The notes beneath the pieces were generated by a model. That model did not search any database and was not told the DNA's origin. It saw only the letters and a list, made by a program, of their open reading frames with translations. The position numbers and the translations under genes were made by a program. This document shows positions 62,461-64,000 of a stretch of 64,000 nucleotides of DNA, in pieces; the stretch's first letter is position 1; the number at the start of each line of letters is the position of its first letter. Source of the stretch: Polymyxa betae A26-41 (taxonomy: Eukaryota; Protista; Endomyxa: Phytomyxea). The stretch is taken from assembly GCA_003693705.1 (NCBI GenBank), contig RBZT01000667.1, positions 39,405-103,404 on the forward strand, given 5' to 3'.

Positions 62461-63665
62461 CGTCACAATCTGGCACGAATGCTGGAGGTCACTACTACCA
62501 AGCAAATCCTTGGATCAACATATACCGTCAAATTCTGTTTTGGCCGAGATCGGAAGATCCAACTGCAGTGTGCTGAGATGGAGCTGAAGAAGGCAGAAAA
62601 CCGAAACGCGGCGCACTAGAGACGCACTGGTTGCAAAAACTACGTTTCTACAAATGCTTGTCATTTTTACCTTCTCGTTGTTAATCGTCTTCAAGCGCCA
62701 GCTGGTGTATATATTCTTCTCTACTCGTAGATTGCAGGCATTTGAACCTCATTTACTGCACCGAATTGGAAGTCTGGTATCTGCTCTGCTACATCCGCTG
62801 TCCTTGCTTATAGGATTACATCTTGCTGCTCGTTCTTTGTTTTGATACACGATTTGCTTATGGTATCTTGAAACTTGTTCTGTATTCTATTTCCAAATGG
62901 CGATTGTCGTGGTTAGCATTGCTGTCAATCCAAATGGGTTGTTGCCACTAGACAATTTGGCTGGAAAAGGGTTATAAGGGGCCGAACCGTCAAGACCATC
63001 GTTGATCTGGCTGGCAATTAAATTAACTGCTACAGCCTCTTGAATGATTCTACATGTAGGTAGGTTAAATGTCGCATTCGCAACCGTCTTTATAAACACT
63101 TTGCTATTGTACTTTTATTAATCTCTTGATTTACAAATCGCCTACCGAGTTTGTATCCACGATATATTTATAATATGTAATCGCTTCGGTTTACATAGTT
63201 TTATGATATGGAGAGCTTCCCAGATGAAAGGGTTCGGATTCATTATCATTTCTGATTCTTTGAACTCACCATCATTTCAGATTCCAAACAATGCGCTCGA
63301 TCTGATGGTTTACTGAGGAGCGAGACCGAGTAGCGAAACTTAGAAGTCATAGCACAATCAGGACCGATCTAGTCCTCAATCATTTGCCACCTGTAGAGTA
63401 CATGGAATGGGATCAAAGTACTGATACCATCAACGAATATAGTCGTCGCATCTCAAGTTCCTTTAATAACGTTAGTACGATCAAACCAGGGTCGACCGTC
63501 GTACTTTGATTCTTTATCATTTCCTTTCTTCTGCTTGTTCATTGCTGTCCTGTTGTTGTTGGCCTGAGCTGTTAACTGGAGTCTTGATCTGAAGAGGTCG
63601 TCCAAGATAACTGAACAGTGTCCTAGCGTATCGCATCAGGCGCGAACGTTTGTACAAATTAAGAG

Positions 63666-63959
63666 ATGCGTCTCTATCGCTACCTGCTGCACCTGCTGCT
63701 TATAGCAACGGTACTTATTGGATGGGGTGTTGCTCAGTCAACAACTATTGCCACGACCAAGAAAGCAACAACAAGGCACGATTCCACAACTAAAAAGCCA
63801 ATTTCCATCACAACCAAAAAACCGACTACTCGCGTTTTCACTTCCAAGAAGTCAACTGCTCACGTAGCTACAACCCAGAAATCAACCGCTCAAGTTGCTA
63901 CAACCAAGAAATCAACAAAAACCACACCCAGCCGTCCGAGCAGCTTTTACAGAAACTGA
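63666..63959 (+). CDS. Putative secreted Thr/Lys-rich mucin-like protein (may continue by splicing beyond the window)
   Basis: Signal peptide MRLYRYLLHLLLIATVLIGWGVA-Q followed by TTKK-type repeats. Confidence 0.55.
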   Translation: MRLYRYLLHLLLIATVLIGWGVAQSTTIATTKKATTRHDSTTKKPISITTKKPTTRVFTSKKSTAHVATTQKSTAQVATTKKSTKTTPSRPSSFYRN

Positions 63960-64000
63960 CTGCACCATCAATAATACCTTATAAAACCATAACACGCTTT

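Noticed and set aside
62650-63620. Possible pseudogene or retroelement fragment upstream of sestrin
   Set aside because: Peptide fragments are interrupted by stops and not assignable by eye.

Overview
This window comes from a compact, intron-rich eukaryotic nuclear genome, with very short (~45-60 nt) GT-AG introns and convergent genes often <40 bp apart. Gene content and divergent histones suggest a protist, possibly a plasmodiophorid-like rhizarian; this is inference and cannot be settled from the sequence alone. Most of the window is housekeeping genes: APC10, BRCA1/BARD1-like, DGAT2, NRBF2/Atg38-like, TSC1, VAC14, organellar L35, an ABCC transporter, a Myb protein, MER3/HFM1, a family-6 UDG-like glycosylase, UXT, RAD9, chorismate synthase, GCP2, IAH1, SF3A1, ARP2, a TmcB-like PAS protein, a histone-fold protein, SelK-like, a GT18 glycosyltransferase, NOP56, tRNA-Ile(UAU), a divergent H3/H4 pair and sestrin. 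The standout is a ~1.7 kb GC-rich island at ~23945-25615 encoding a CRESS-DNA-virus-type (circular ssDNA virus) Rep. All HUH and SF3 motifs are intact, and the gene is split by a host-sized 54-nt GT-AG intron that removes two in-frame stops. A stem-loop with iteron-like repeats lies upstream, a 48-bp duplication of host sequence marks the right junction, and no capsid gene is visible. Other notable items are a TmcB-like PAS sensor fused in frame to a TauE-like membrane domain, and decayed transposon and zinc-finger remnants. Exon boundaries were read by eye, so multi-exon gene limits are approximate.
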